This document shows, in pieces, positions 54,315 to 64,000 of a DNA stretch of 64,000 bases. Every line of letters starts with the position of its first letter. Position 1 is the first letter of the stretch. The notes below the pieces were generated by a model that worked only from the letters and a program-made list of their open reading frames with translations, was not told where the DNA came from and searched no databases. Origin of the DNA: Candidatus Thorarchaeota archaeon (lineage in GTDB: Archaea > Asgardarchaeota > Thorarchaeia > Thorarchaeales > Thorarchaeaceae); the NCBI GenBank assembly GCA_029855935.1, contig JAGSHN010000012.1, positions 192,001-256,000 on the forward strand, read 5' to 3'. Made by a program: the position numbers and the translations under genes.

Positions 54315-57300
54315 TTGATTCGGCGGCCCCCCTTTCCCGTTCTTGTCATCTTCCTCGTCGTGATTGGTGGCATTGCGATGCTTCCGACTATGCCTCGCAA
54401 CACTTCACCTTCGACAGACACCTCCAGTGTTTCGCCTCGTCTGGCCCAGTCGGTATTGGCATCGAACCGAACCCCTCTCAGATCATTGACGGCCGTCGTC
54501 AGCGATCCCACCTCCATCACGGACGAGCTCGCGTACATCGCCGCAGTGCCAACCGGTGTGTTCTATGCCGCAGGAAAACAATATGTTTCCCCTGTCCTGA
54601 TGGTCGATGGCTCCCGGTCCGAATCGTGGCTTGTCGATGACTGGGTCGAATATCTTGAGACTGACGGGGGTACCACACAGTTCACGGTCATTGGGCCCTC
54701 CCCTAGTGGTGACATTGACTCCATCTGGGCTCGTCTTGGCGCCCAGCCGTTTCCGTGGATTCAGTCAGCCTCGCCGTACGATGTGGCTGCACAGCTTGCC
54801 GTCGCCAACTGGAGACACTCCGATACGGCCGTTGTGGCAGTTGTTGAGTCAGGCTTCAGTCCTCTGGTCACCACAAGCGACTCATCATCCTTCACGTTGT
54901 CAGACGACCCGATGACGGAGATTCATCCCTCGGTCACAGTCACGTCCTCGGACCCTGTTCAGGTCAAGTTCACTCCTCCAACTGGGACTGGCTGGATACA
55001 GGCATCATTCGATTGGACCGGGTCGGCATATTTCACTCACACACTCACCGACCCCAACGGGGTAATCGTAGACTACTCGGTCCGCAGCCAGACCTATCAG
55101 GAGCGATTCTCCTCCTACGTGGACCACCCAGTGCCGCTCCAGTTCTGGGTGCCGTGTACAGCGGAGGGCGAGTGGACGCTCACATTGTATCCTGAGGTGG
55201 ACATCTCCTCTCCTGTTCCGCTCGATAGCACTATAGTCTTTCATCCCGGGCGTTCGGTGACCATCACCGTGCCAGCCAACGCACGATCTCTTGAGGTGAG
55301 TGCATCGTGGGATAATGCCGCGACCGACATCAACCTGGCACTGATCGATCCCACTGGGCATCTGAGTGCATGGGCCCCAGCTGGCAGTGTGATATCAAAT
55401 CCTGGGTCAGAGAGCGCCTCTGTGGACTTTCCTATGCCCGGTGAGTGGACTCTCATTGCCGCATGGCTCAATGCTACAGGAGAGACAAACAATGGTCAGT
55501 TCGAGTGGGATATCACAACAATTGATGGAAACCTCGGAACCTACATGGAATCCGCCGCGAACGGTGCGGTCTTGGCCTCGCTCTTGAACGCACCTCTACT
55601 GTACGTCACTCCGTCCGATGTACCGGATGTCACTCTGTGGGCCATCCAGCGTCTGGGTGTTTCCTACCTCTTCCTTGTCGATCCGTCCTCCATGCAGACC
55701 TCCTCGCTGCTCTCGACACTGAGCGCAGAAGCGTTTGTCACCAATCTGAACAACTATCCCCTTGTTTCTCACTGGATTCGGGTTCTCTCCTCCACCTATG
55801 ACGTCGTGGTGACAGCACCACTCGGTGCCGGCGACGAGCTCTTCGCAGCAGCCGCCTATTCAGGGGCGGTCCACGGCGCACCAGTGTTCTCGCTGTGTGG
55901 TGACGACAATCTCGTGACTACCCGTGCCGCAGCGACTTGGGTGCCATATCTCATCGGACCTGAGATTGACGTCTATGTGACGAGCAGATACACGACGAGG
56001 ACCGAGAACGGTTGGTACGACGAGCGAATACCCAACCGATACGCGATGGAGCTCTCCGCCACCACCTTCAAAGACTTTCTCGATGGCCGGAATGCGTACA
56101 ATGAGAGTGAACCTCAGTCGGTCGTCATTCTCTCGCCTGTTGATGTGATCAAGCCGAGCTTTGATCGCTCTCTTCAGAGTCACTTCTCGCCTGGTCGAAT
56201 CCCGGCCACGACCGCAGCACTGGCCACCGTGATGGTGGCGCGTGCGGCACTCCACCGTTTTCTGTTTCTTATCGCCGACTCTGCTGAAGACGCACTGGTG
56301 ACTATGTATGCCTACACTCAGGACGCTGGCTTCGTGGATAACAACTTCAACTACTACGTAGTCGACCAGTACGAGAACTCGACACGTATCATTCAGGAGT
56401 CCGGTCTCACCGCTCTGTCGCACATTGGCGTGGATGAGGTGTTCTCAGCAATTGCTTCGCAGGTGTCACTGTGGACAATCAGTACGCACGGGACACTGAC
56501 TAGATATCCTACGGATCCGCCTGAGCGGCCAGGCGGCACGGGCCTCTTCTCTCTGCGTGATGTTGATGCGCCCTATGGTATGGAGACATCCTCCGAACGT
56601 GACGCGAATGGCGACCATCTCGTCAATCCAGTTCTCTTCGATCCCGAGGCCTCGCATCACGTCATCAAGAACACCGACGACCTTGAGGGTGCTGTGGACA
56701 ACATCGGTTCTCCCATTGTGATCATCACTGCCTGCCTGCTGGGCGGTTCCCGGCTACCGCTGATGCTCATGGAGCACGGTGCAGTCGGCGTTGTCGCCTC
56801 TCCGCGTACCGTCTATTTCCAGCCTGCTGCAATGCTGTCCCTCTTCTTGATGGACCGCCTGAGGGAGGATGCTCCCATTGGTCAGGCGCTCAGCTATGCC
56901 GTACGAATGGTCTCAATCGACTATACGGACCCGTTGCCCTCAGGCGACCCACGCGACTACGCCAATCAGCATATTCTCTATGGAGACCCTGGGGTCAGGC
57001 TGTTCGCCCCTTCGACCGACCCGCACGTGCCCGCTGTCGACGCCAACACTCTGGATATCAGTGGTCACAGACCGGGGCGTGGTCTACCACTTGTGGCGGC
57101 GGTCGCTGACAATACGACCCTTCCCACGCTGCTGGAGGGTCAGTCCGTGGATCACATCACCTACACCTCGTCGAACATCTCAGCTCTCTCACCGTGGATG
57201 TTCCTCCATCGCGCTGTCATCATCGAGCCTGACTACTCTGCCGCGCTTGCAGGCAGTCTCCAAGCGATGTCCGTGTCGCTGCACGAGTATGTCCGCGGAG

Positions 57301-58154
57301 GAGGCGCGCTCGTTGTGATGGGAGTCACACCCGAGTCGACGTGGATACCCTGGCCTGTCTCATATGATGGTTCCCAGACGGGTGAGATCATATCGATTGA
57401 CGATCCTGGCCATCCTCTTGTCTCTCTACCGAACAGCATCCCCGAGAGTACTCCGTATGCGGGTGTTCTCACAGGCCTGTGGGAGAACTTCACAGTCGTG
57501 GCATCCACTTCAGACGGCCAGGGCGCAGTGATGGTGGCTGGAGTGATGGGTCACGGCAAGATTGCCCTGATGACCCTCAGGCCCACTGGGGACGCGCTGG
57601 CAGCACTAGCTCAGAATGTTGCAACATGGTATGTCCGGCCGTCAATCTTTCTCTCCTCTCTGTCCCTCAGCGAATACATCATCTGGGGTGGTGACAGAGT
57701 CTCGGTGCTGATTCACCTCCTTGATGGTGAGGGTCGTGGAGTGACGGGCGCCAGTATTCGTGCATCGATAAACTCCTCAGATGTCAGTGCCTACGTATCG
57801 GAGACTGGCGACGGCTACTATCAGATACTGTTGGACGAGGGGTGGACAACTGCGCACCCAGGTGTCCTCACAATTCGTATTGAGGCCTCCAAGGAGGGCT
57901 ATGACACTCTTACAGCCATCATTCCCGGCTTCATGTACATTCGTCCCTCGCCGTGGCTGGCCATAGGGATTGTCGGCGCCGTCTTTGCCGGAATCATGGT
58001 CCTGTACGTATATCGGAAGCGGAAGAGGGGCGAGAGGGTCCTGCCGTCTCTTCGTCGCGGAAAGAAGTCGAGGCATAGGCCACCGAGAGAGGGCAAGAAG
58101 CGTCCCGAGAAGGCGGAGAAGGAGGAGGACTTGAAAGAGTTCTTTGGGGTGTGA
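54315..58154 (+). CDS. Large membrane-anchored surface protein with CWB2-like repeats, beta-sandwich domains and a C25 (gingipain-like) peptidase domain
   Basis: N-terminal signal/TM; PVLMV, APLLYV and APVF repeats; THG...TAC...LYGDP; GGGALVV; C-terminal TM plus basic tail. Confidence 0.72.
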   Translation: MIRRPPFPVLVIFLVVIGGIAMLPTMPRNTSPSTDTSSVSPRLAQSVLASNRTPLRSLTAVVSDPTSITDELAYIAAVPTGVFYAAGKQYVSPVLMVDGSRSESWLVDDWVEYLETDGGTTQFTVIGPSPSGDIDSIWARLGAQPFPWIQSASPYDVAAQLAVANWRHSDTAVVAVVESGFSPLVTTSDSSSFTLSDDPMTEIHPSVTVTSSDPVQVKFTPPTGTGWIQASFDWTGSAYFTHTLTDPNGVIVDYSVRSQTYQERFSSYVDHPVPLQFWVPCTAEGEWTLTLYPEVDISSPVPLDSTIVFHPGRSVTITVPANARSLEVSASWDNAATDINLALIDPTGHLSAWAPAGSVISNPGSESASVDFPMPGEWTLIAAWLNATGETNNGQFEWDITTIDGNLGTYMESAANGAVLASLLNAPLLYVTPSDVPDVTLWAIQRLGVSYLFLVDPSSMQTSSLLSTLSAEAFVTNLNNYPLVSHWIRVLSSTYDVVVTAPLGAGDELFAAAAYSGAVHGAPVFSLCGDDNLVTTRAAATWVPYLIGPEIDVYVTSRYTTRTENGWYDERIPNRYAMELSATTFKDFLDGRNAYNESEPQSVVILSPVDVIKPSFDRSLQSHFSPGRIPATTAALATVMVARAALHRFLFLIADSAEDALVTMYAYTQDAGFVDNNFNYYVVDQYENSTRIIQESGLTALSHIGVDEVFSAIASQVSLWTISTHGTLTRYPTDPPERPGGTGLFSLRDVDAPYGMETSSERDANGDHLVNPVLFDPEASHHVIKNTDDLEGAVDNIGSPIVIITACLLGGSRLPLMLMEHGAVGVVASPRTVYFQPAAMLSLFLMDRLREDAPIGQALSYAVRMVSIDYTDPLPSGDPRDYANQHILYGDPGVRLFAPSTDPHVPAVDANTLDISGHRPGRGLPLVAAVADNTTLPTLLEGQSVDHITYTSSNISALSPWMFLHRAVIIEPDYSAALAGSLQAMSVSLHEYVRGGGALVVMGVTPESTWIPWPVSYDGSQTGEIISIDDPGHPLVSLPNSIPESTPYAGVLTGLWENFTVVASTSDGQGAVMVAGVMGHGKIALMTLRPTGDALAALAQNVATWYVRPSIFLSSLSLSEYIIWGGDRVSVLIHLLDGEGRGVTGASIRASINSSDVSAYVSETGDGYYQILLDEGWTTAHPGVLTIRIEASKEGYDTLTAIIPGFMYIRPSPWLAIGIVGAVFAGIMVLYVYRKRKRGERVLPSLRRGKKSRHRPPREGKKRPEKAEKEEDLKEFFGV

Positions 58155-58247
58155 AATGCGCAAAATGACCCTGTTCTGAGCATCTGGGGACAAGAAGATT
58201 TTATAGCATTGCTCGTGGAGATTCCATCTGCTCCGAGAGGTATTGGT

Positions 58248-58610
58248 ATGACGAGTCGCGTCGAGAAGATCAATGCTGCAATCCGGGACTTCGACACTGT
58301 CCCAGGCGTGGAGGGCGCCGCCCTTGTCTCGCTCGATGGTCTAATGATTGCCTCAGCACTGCCCGAGAGTGAACAGGAGCGAGTGGCTGCAATCAGTGCA
58401 GCAATTCTCTCCCTTGGCGAGAAGGCGACAAAGGAGCTCTATCGTGGAACCCTTCAGGAGATATACGTGAAGGGGGACAAGGGCTACACCTTGATGACAT
58501 CTGTTGGCGATACGGCACTGCTTCTCGTTCTTGCCAAGGCCGACGCTCAAGTGGGACTGATATTCGTCGATATGAAGCGTCTCGCCTCCAGCTTGGTGGA
58601 GATTCTCTGA
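58248..58610 (+). CDS. Roadblock/LC7 (MglB-like) protein
   Basis: GVEGAALVSLDGLMIASALP, RVAAISAAILSLGE, VGLIF. Confidence 0.93.
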   Translation: MTSRVEKINAAIRDFDTVPGVEGAALVSLDGLMIASALPESEQERVAAISAAILSLGEKATKELYRGTLQEIYVKGDKGYTLMTSVGDTALLLVLAKADAQVGLIFVDMKRLASSLVEIL

Positions 58611-58637
58611 GGGCCATCTCACAGGTGTGGGCCCGGA

Positions 58638-59876
58638 CTATGATCTCACTCTGCTGGTAATCTCGTCGACTATGCGACGCGCCACCTCTCTCTTGGGCGC
58701 AAGCTCGACCTTCTTGATCAGTCCCTCAGGGCCAACGATGACGACCTCGTTTGTGTCCGTGCCGAAGGCAACGCCTCTTCTTCTCTCATCGTTGGCCACC
58801 ATCAGGTCACACACGCCCGCGTCGATCTTTTGCTTGGCACGACTCACCAGTTCCTCATCGCTGACACCGGACTCGACCTTGAATCCCACAATGAACAGGT
58901 CCGGATGAGTGGACCGCACCTCATCGATGATCTTCTTTGTCGGTACAAGGACCACCTCGTAGGGCTCGCCTGAGGGGCGTTTCCTGTCCTCTCGCTCGCG
59001 AGGTGTGAAGTCCAAAACGGCAGCTGCAGACACGAAGAGTGAGGCCTCTGTTCTCTCAAGGGCATCCCTGACGGCGGAGAGCATCTCCTCTGGCGTGTCG
59101 ACCCTCACGGTCTCCACTGTGGCTGGCGGTTTCTCGCAGGTCGGGCCCAGCACCAACACCACCTCGCCACCACGCAGGGAGATCTCACGTGCTATCTCAA
59201 TCCCCATCTTCCCTGAGGACGGGTTTGTCACGAATCTGACCCTGTCTATCCAGCCACGTGTTGGTCCAGCAGTGACAACAGCTTTGACGCCCTGCATGTC
59301 GTTTGGCCCGAGTATGCGCAACACGTGTTCCAGTATTGTCTCGGTGTCCGGTATCTTTGCCTTGGCCTCCTCCATCCTTGGCGTCAGGACTGTGACACCG
59401 AAACGCCGCAGACGCTGGATGTTCTCGGTCACCGCTGGATGGTCATATAGCGACCTGTGCATAGCTGGGACGACAATGACAGGGATTCCAGCACCAATTG
59501 CTGAGGAGACGGTTGTGGTGACCGGTGTGTCGTCGATACCGTTAGCAATCTTGCCTATGGTGTTAGCAGTCGACGGCGAGACTATGACGAGGCTGGCTGC
59601 GTCATCGTGTTTGCCTGCGAGCGTGACATGTTCTATCTGTCCGGTCAGCTCCGTGACAACAGGATTGCCCGTCGCCCACTCCATCAGATAGGGGTGGATG
59701 ATCCTCTGGGCTGTGGGGCTCATCACAACGTGAACATCGGCTCCGTGGCGCATCAACAGCCTTGCAAGTGAGGGACATTCCACAGCTGCGACGCTGCCTG
59801 TCACGCAGAGAACAATCTTCTGACCATCAAGTGAATGGCTCAGTGTTGAGGTGATTAGTTTTGACGTGTGTTCCAT
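58638..59876 (-). CDS. coaBC: Bifunctional phosphopantothenoylcysteine decarboxylase/ligase
   Basis: TGSVAA, TANTIGK, PAMH, TAGPT...NPSSGKMG, AAAVLDF, VGFK; ATG 59876. Confidence 0.95.
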   Translation of the reverse strand: MEHTSKLITSTLSHSLDGQKIVLCVTGSVAAVECPSLARLLMRHGADVHVVMSPTAQRIIHPYLMEWATGNPVVTELTGQIEHVTLAGKHDDAASLVIVSPSTANTIGKIANGIDDTPVTTTVSSAIGAGIPVIVVPAMHRSLYDHPAVTENIQRLRRFGVTVLTPRMEEAKAKIPDTETILEHVLRILGPNDMQGVKAVVTAGPTRGWIDRVRFVTNPSSGKMGIEIAREISLRGGEVVLVLGPTCEKPPATVETVRVDTPEEMLSAVRDALERTEASLFVSAAAVLDFTPREREDRKRPSGEPYEVVLVPTKKIIDEVRSTHPDLFIVGFKVESGVSDEELVSRAKQKIDAGVCDLMVANDERRRGVAFGTDTNEVVIVGPEGLIKKVELAPKREVARRIVDEITSRVRS

Positions 59877-60203
59877 CCCACTCACACCTCTCTCTCTATC
59901 ACCGACCCTGATAAAGTGAGCCCACCTGTTGAGTTGGCCTGCCTCTCTCCTCTCGGAATCCTTCAACCACTATCACGTCATCTCACGTTTCTCTTAGACC
60001 TAGCACACGTGTTGGCAGGATCTCACACAATTCTTGGTGTTGGTCAGCTGGCGGTTAGCAAAGAATATATGCAGCTCAGATTCCTTGGCGATATGTTGTT
60101 GTGTCGCAATGTGTCCGCCCCAAGGCGTTTGATACCTCTCTATGTGTGCGGGGTGGGATAGTACAGCGACTGTCGTCAGGTGGGTGCACATACTTTGGCT
60201 AAT

Positions 60204-61028
60204 ATGCCTGTGGACTGGCATTCGATACTATCTCGGTTTCCGTCCGAGAAGCGTGCCCGTTTCCAGGCATATGCGAACACAATGGCCGAGATGGGTACTC
60301 CCACCCAGTCGCTCTTCATCCTTGACAGCGACAACGAGTTTGACACGTTCCTTCGTGACTTTGATGAGTTTCTGACAGTCATCGGCAACATGCCTGAGCG
60401 TGGGCGCCCATATCACGTTCTGAAGATTGGCTATGACGGGGACATGCTCGACGACCTGTTTCGCCTTGTTGTCTCGGAGGAGGCCAGTAGCTTCCATCCT
60501 GCAGAGCTCGATGCCAGTCTATTGTATTCGAAGCAGGCAATCTTCCAGCACCTATACCAAGTCGTTTCAAAGAGGAAATTCCTGATATTTCACATCACAG
60601 AGTTTCCGCTCGCCTATTACTTTGAGACGGCTGTGGCGGTGGACGTCGAGGAACTCAGTGATGTGATGGACCCTGCCACTCACGACCAGACAATCGTACG
60701 GTACCTCAATGACCTACGTACGAAGGGGGCCGAGGAACACCGCCGCACGTACAGCTTCTTCTACAGGATCAGCACGTCCCTACTTATGGAACTGTCCAAT
60801 GCCTTTCTTGTCGTTCCGACAGCAGGCATGTATCGCCACTTTGTTGTTTCAAGCTGGCGGACCCAGACGCTACTACTGGGCTTCAGTCCCCTCACGTGGA
60901 GCTCTGGAAGCTTCAATGTCTACGATCTCAGCGGCAGGGACATCGATGCCCGGTGGGCCTATCCTGCTCCTCTGACCGATGACCCCCGTGAGAAGGGCTA
61001 CACAAGCCTCGTTCCCATTGAGCGTTGA
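60204..61028 (+). CDS. Hypothetical protein within the CoA gene cluster
   Basis: About 274 aa ORF with protein-like composition and no recognisable motif. Confidence 0.65.
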   Translation: MPVDWHSILSRFPSEKRARFQAYANTMAEMGTPTQSLFILDSDNEFDTFLRDFDEFLTVIGNMPERGRPYHVLKIGYDGDMLDDLFRLVVSEEASSFHPAELDASLLYSKQAIFQHLYQVVSKRKFLIFHITEFPLAYYFETAVAVDVEELSDVMDPATHDQTIVRYLNDLRTKGAEEHRRTYSFFYRISTSLLMELSNAFLVVPTAGMYRHFVVSSWRTQTLLLGFSPLTWSSGSFNVYDLSGRDIDARWAYPAPLTDDPREKGYTSLVPIER

Positions 61029-61208
61029 GCTCTGCTGCATTGTTCTGTCTGTGCGAATCAGCCGGCCCGCCGCTCAGGCGGCTCTAGGTCCTCTCACTAC
61101 CGATGCGACGATGCGGTCCACACTGTCGCACCAGCTGATGTATATATATTATATATCCAGCGAGTCCTGTATGTAGAAAATCTATATACCCGCCCTCACT
61201 GAGCAAGT

Positions 61209-62144
61209 ATGGAACAAGACTTGACCGGCACTATACTTCAGGCACAGGCGTTCGTCCCCGGTCATATCACGGGCATCTTCCGCATATTTGATGACTGCGC
61301 GGACCTGCTCCGTTGCGGATCGAGAGGCGGAGGCTTCTCGGTTGCCGTGGGGACGAGGACGACGGTCGTGCTTGAGCCTGAGGTCCCCAGCAAGATTGTG
61401 GTGCGATACAACGGAGAAGATGTTGACGCCCCGGTTACCACGACTGTGGTGAGGGAGATGTTGAAGGCCTACAATGTGGAGGCAAGGATTCGGGTAGATC
61501 ATGACTCTGACCTGCCCATAGGAGTCGGCTTTGGTGCCTCCGGCGCTGGGGCCCTCGGTACCGCTCTTGCTCTTGGTTCGCTTCTCGACAGCGACATTGA
61601 CATAGTCGCAGCCGGTCAGTACGCCCACAGAGCAGAGGTCGTCAATCACACGGGATTGGGCGATGTAATTGCCCAGACTGTCGGAGGGGTTGAGGTCCGG
61701 ACGGAGCCTGGAGCGCCAGGCGTCGGCAAGGTCACGAGGGTTTCATACCCGGAGGATCTACGCGTCGTGCTTGCTGGAGCTGAGGGGCTCTACACGAGGG
61801 ACGTGCTGACCAATCCCGAGAGCCGACAGAGAATCAACGATGTGGGCGACACGCTCCTGAGGTCACTTCTTCGACAGCCCACCTTTGAAGCACTCATAGA
61901 TGTGTCCAAGGAGTTCGCCCTGTCCACAGGGCTGATGACAGAACGCGTGAGGTCTGCGCTTGAGGAACTCTGGGACATAGGTCTCGACGCATCAAGTATG
62001 GTAATGCTCGGCGATTCTGTCTTCTGTGTCTGTGACCCGTCGGAGACGGAAGTGGCAGAGCGTGTCCTCTCAGAGCACTGGGACAGTTCCCTCATCGCAG
62101 TGACATCGATTGCTACGAATGGCGGAGGCCTGATTGGACCGTGA
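61209..62144 (+). CDS. Pantoate kinase (GHMP family)
   Basis: FVPGHITG, GSRGGG, PIGVGFGASGA, TGLGDV, SMVMLG. Confidence 0.92.
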   Translation: MEQDLTGTILQAQAFVPGHITGIFRIFDDCADLLRCGSRGGGFSVAVGTRTTVVLEPEVPSKIVVRYNGEDVDAPVTTTVVREMLKAYNVEARIRVDHDSDLPIGVGFGASGAGALGTALALGSLLDSDIDIVAAGQYAHRAEVVNHTGLGDVIAQTVGGVEVRTEPGAPGVGKVTRVSYPEDLRVVLAGAEGLYTRDVLTNPESRQRINDVGDTLLRSLLRQPTFEALIDVSKEFALSTGLMTERVRSALEELWDIGLDASSMVMLGDSVFCVCDPSETEVAERVLSEHWDSSLIAVTSIATNGGGLIGP

Positions 62145-62953
62145 GCGACATAGAGATTCCGGAAGACCACCCACGACGGGTGTCGCTTGAGATACGTCAC
62201 AAGATAATCCGCGGCCATGGGTTGAACATCGTCGCAACAGCGGGGCTTCTCGCTCACGGCCGGGGTGAGGCCTTCGACTACCTATTGGGAGAGCGGACGA
62301 CGGAGATTGCGAGGCGGGCTGCAGAGGTTGCCGTGGCCACTATACTTCTTGCGGAGCATCCTGTAATCAGTGTCAATGGAAATGTATGTGCGCTCGTGCC
62401 TGAGGAGATGGTCGAGCTCTCGCGTCTGACTGGGGCCCCGCTGGAGATCAATCTCTTCTACTATCGGCCTGAGCGGGAGAGGGCGATACGTGAGGCACTG
62501 CTGAGGGCGGGCGCCAGTGAGATTCTTGGTACTTCTGACCGGCCGTCCACCACGATTCCCGAACTCAGTAGCAATCGCAGAAAGGTAGATCCTGAGGGGA
62601 TTGGCAGTGCTGATGTTGTGCTTGTTCCGCTTGAGGACGGTGATCGGACGGAGGCCCTTCGCCGGATCGGGAAGCAGGTGATCACGATCGACCTCAACCC
62701 GATGAGTCGTACCGCGAGATACGCCAACATCTCGATTGTAGACAACATAGTCCGTGCCCTTCCACTGATGGTGGAGCTTGCTAGGGATATGCGTTCCCTG
62801 AGCCGCCAAGAGCTGGAATCGATAGTGGCTGGGTTCGACAATGGTCGCAACCTGCAGACTGCTGTGCGGACCATCCTGCAACATCTCAAGGAGCAGGCAG
62901 AGGCTGTGAGAAGTCCTCTCGAATTGGAGGTCCTAGAGGAGGTAGTGGATTGA
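62141..62953 (+). CDS. Phosphopantothenate synthetase (4-phosphopantoate--beta-alanine ligase)
   Basis: AHGRGEAFDYLLGE, SVNGN, VPLEDGDR, IDLNPMSRT. Confidence 0.94.
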   Translation: MSDIEIPEDHPRRVSLEIRHKIIRGHGLNIVATAGLLAHGRGEAFDYLLGERTTEIARRAAEVAVATILLAEHPVISVNGNVCALVPEEMVELSRLTGAPLEINLFYYRPERERAIREALLRAGASEILGTSDRPSTTIPELSSNRRKVDPEGIGSADVVLVPLEDGDRTEALRRIGKQVITIDLNPMSRTARYANISIVDNIVRALPLMVELARDMRSLSRQELESIVAGFDNGRNLQTAVRTILQHLKEQAEAVRSPLELEVLEEVVD

Positions 62954-63930
62954 AGATTGTGATAATGGGTGCGGGCGCGATTGGAAGCCTCTATGGCGGT
63001 CTTCTCCGTCTTGCGGGTCACGATGTTATATTGATTGGGCGTCCCCCACACGTGAGTGCGATTCACGAGTCGGGGCTTCACATAGATGGTGTGATGGGAC
63101 GGCATGTTGTCCCCATACCCGCCTGTGACTGCGCTCGCGAGGTCACCGACGCAGACTTCGTGGTTATCACGACCAAGTCTTATGACACGGCCGAAGCAGC
63201 CTCTGAGGTGGCGCATATTGTAGATGGCGGTGCTACCGTAGTGGTGCTCCAGAATGGTCTGGGTACGGAACGTATTGTCGAGAAGGAGCTTGCCACCAAA
63301 CGAGTCCTGCGAGCCACGACCTGTATGGGGGCAGTTGTTTCCTCTCCGGGTCACGTAGTCGCGACTGGCAGTGGTCTGACCGAGGTCGGCACCCATCATA
63401 CTGAGAACGCTGAGGCTCTCTCTGTCTTTGTGAACATTCTTCGGGACGCAGGTTTCAATGTCCGGGCATCTGACAATGTCGACGGAGTGGTCTGGACAAA
63501 GGCCATTGTCAACTGCGGTATCAATCCTGTCGGCGCTCTCACGGGCCTGACGAACGGCGAGATCTACCGGAGTCGGCATCTCCGTCATGTTGTAATCGAG
63601 CTTGTCAATGAGGCTGTGTCTGTGGCTACGGCATTGGGCGTGTGCCTGACGACCGATGACCCGATTCGCTATACCCTTGGTACTGCAAAGGCGACAGCCG
63701 AGAACTTCAATTCGATGCTTATGGACATCCAGATGGGCAAGAGGACGGAGATTGACTATCTGACGGGAGCAGTGCTCCAGATTGGCGAACAGCTCGGGCT
63801 TGATCTCCCGGTAAGTGCGACGGTCTACGCGCTTGTGAAGGCCATCGAACGACGTGCCGTCGGAACGGAGGCTGAGGCTGCGGAGTTCTTCGCTCCACCA
63901 GAGCTTGTAGGACTCATATCGGGCCTGTGA
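62950..63930 (+). CDS. panE: 2-dehydropantoate 2-reductase
   Basis: GAGAIG, TKSY, LQNGLG, WTKAIVNCGINP, SMLMD, RTEID. Confidence 0.94.
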   Translation: MKIVIMGAGAIGSLYGGLLRLAGHDVILIGRPPHVSAIHESGLHIDGVMGRHVVPIPACDCAREVTDADFVVITTKSYDTAEAASEVAHIVDGGATVVVLQNGLGTERIVEKELATKRVLRATTCMGAVVSSPGHVVATGSGLTEVGTHHTENAEALSVFVNILRDAGFNVRASDNVDGVVWTKAIVNCGINPVGALTGLTNGEIYRSRHLRHVVIELVNEAVSVATALGVCLTTDDPIRYTLGTAKATAENFNSMLMDIQMGKRTEIDYLTGAVLQIGEQLGLDLPVSATVYALVKAIERRAVGTEAEAAEFFAPPELVGLISGL

Positions 63931-64000
63931 ACATCGACGCCGCCATCTTGTACGAGTGCATTGCTGAGATTCTTGCGTCCCTTGTTATGGCATTCATGTG

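Noticed and set aside
62461-63588. 375-aa minus-strand ORF
   Set aside because: Antisense to the well-supported PPS and panE genes
1-64000. tRNA/rRNA genes, transposases, integrases, prophage or defence islands
   Set aside because: None recognised by eye; tRNAscan-SE and Infernal would be needed to exclude intron-containing tRNAs and small RNAs

Overview
A gene-dense, GC-rich (estimated by eye) archaeal chromosomal segment with no rRNA, tRNA, CRISPR array or mobile element that I can see. Housekeeping genes are archaeal: aIF5A, L13e, S26e, class I LysRS, CCA enzyme, TrmY, RtcB, Nob1, PAC2, and the PoK/PPS/PanE/CoaBC route to CoA. The window also carries many eukaryotic-signature-like proteins: Rab-, Arf- and MglA-like small GTPases, roadblock and longin-like proteins, SNAP/TPR solenoids, a PCI-domain protein and three Bet3/V4R proteins. 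Together these point to an Asgard archaeon, most plausibly Thorarchaeia (inference). Highlights: (1) a duplicated roadblock-wHTH plus Bet3/V4R cassette with two membrane proteins (14.3-19.2 kb), a candidate proto-TRAPP-like or signalling system; (2) a selenocysteine-containing SelD that the ORF track truncates (in-frame UGA at 51338), with a eukaryote-type SECIS hairpin whose core GUGA includes the gene's own stop codon; (3) an MglA-like GTPase, a TPR protein, a membrane-anchored gingipain/caspase-clan protease and a roadblock protein in one run (52.5-58.6 kb); (4) a longin-Arf GTPase with a long acidic repeat tail and a uDENN/NPRL2-like longin protein. All family calls come from motif recognition by eye; no database searches were run.
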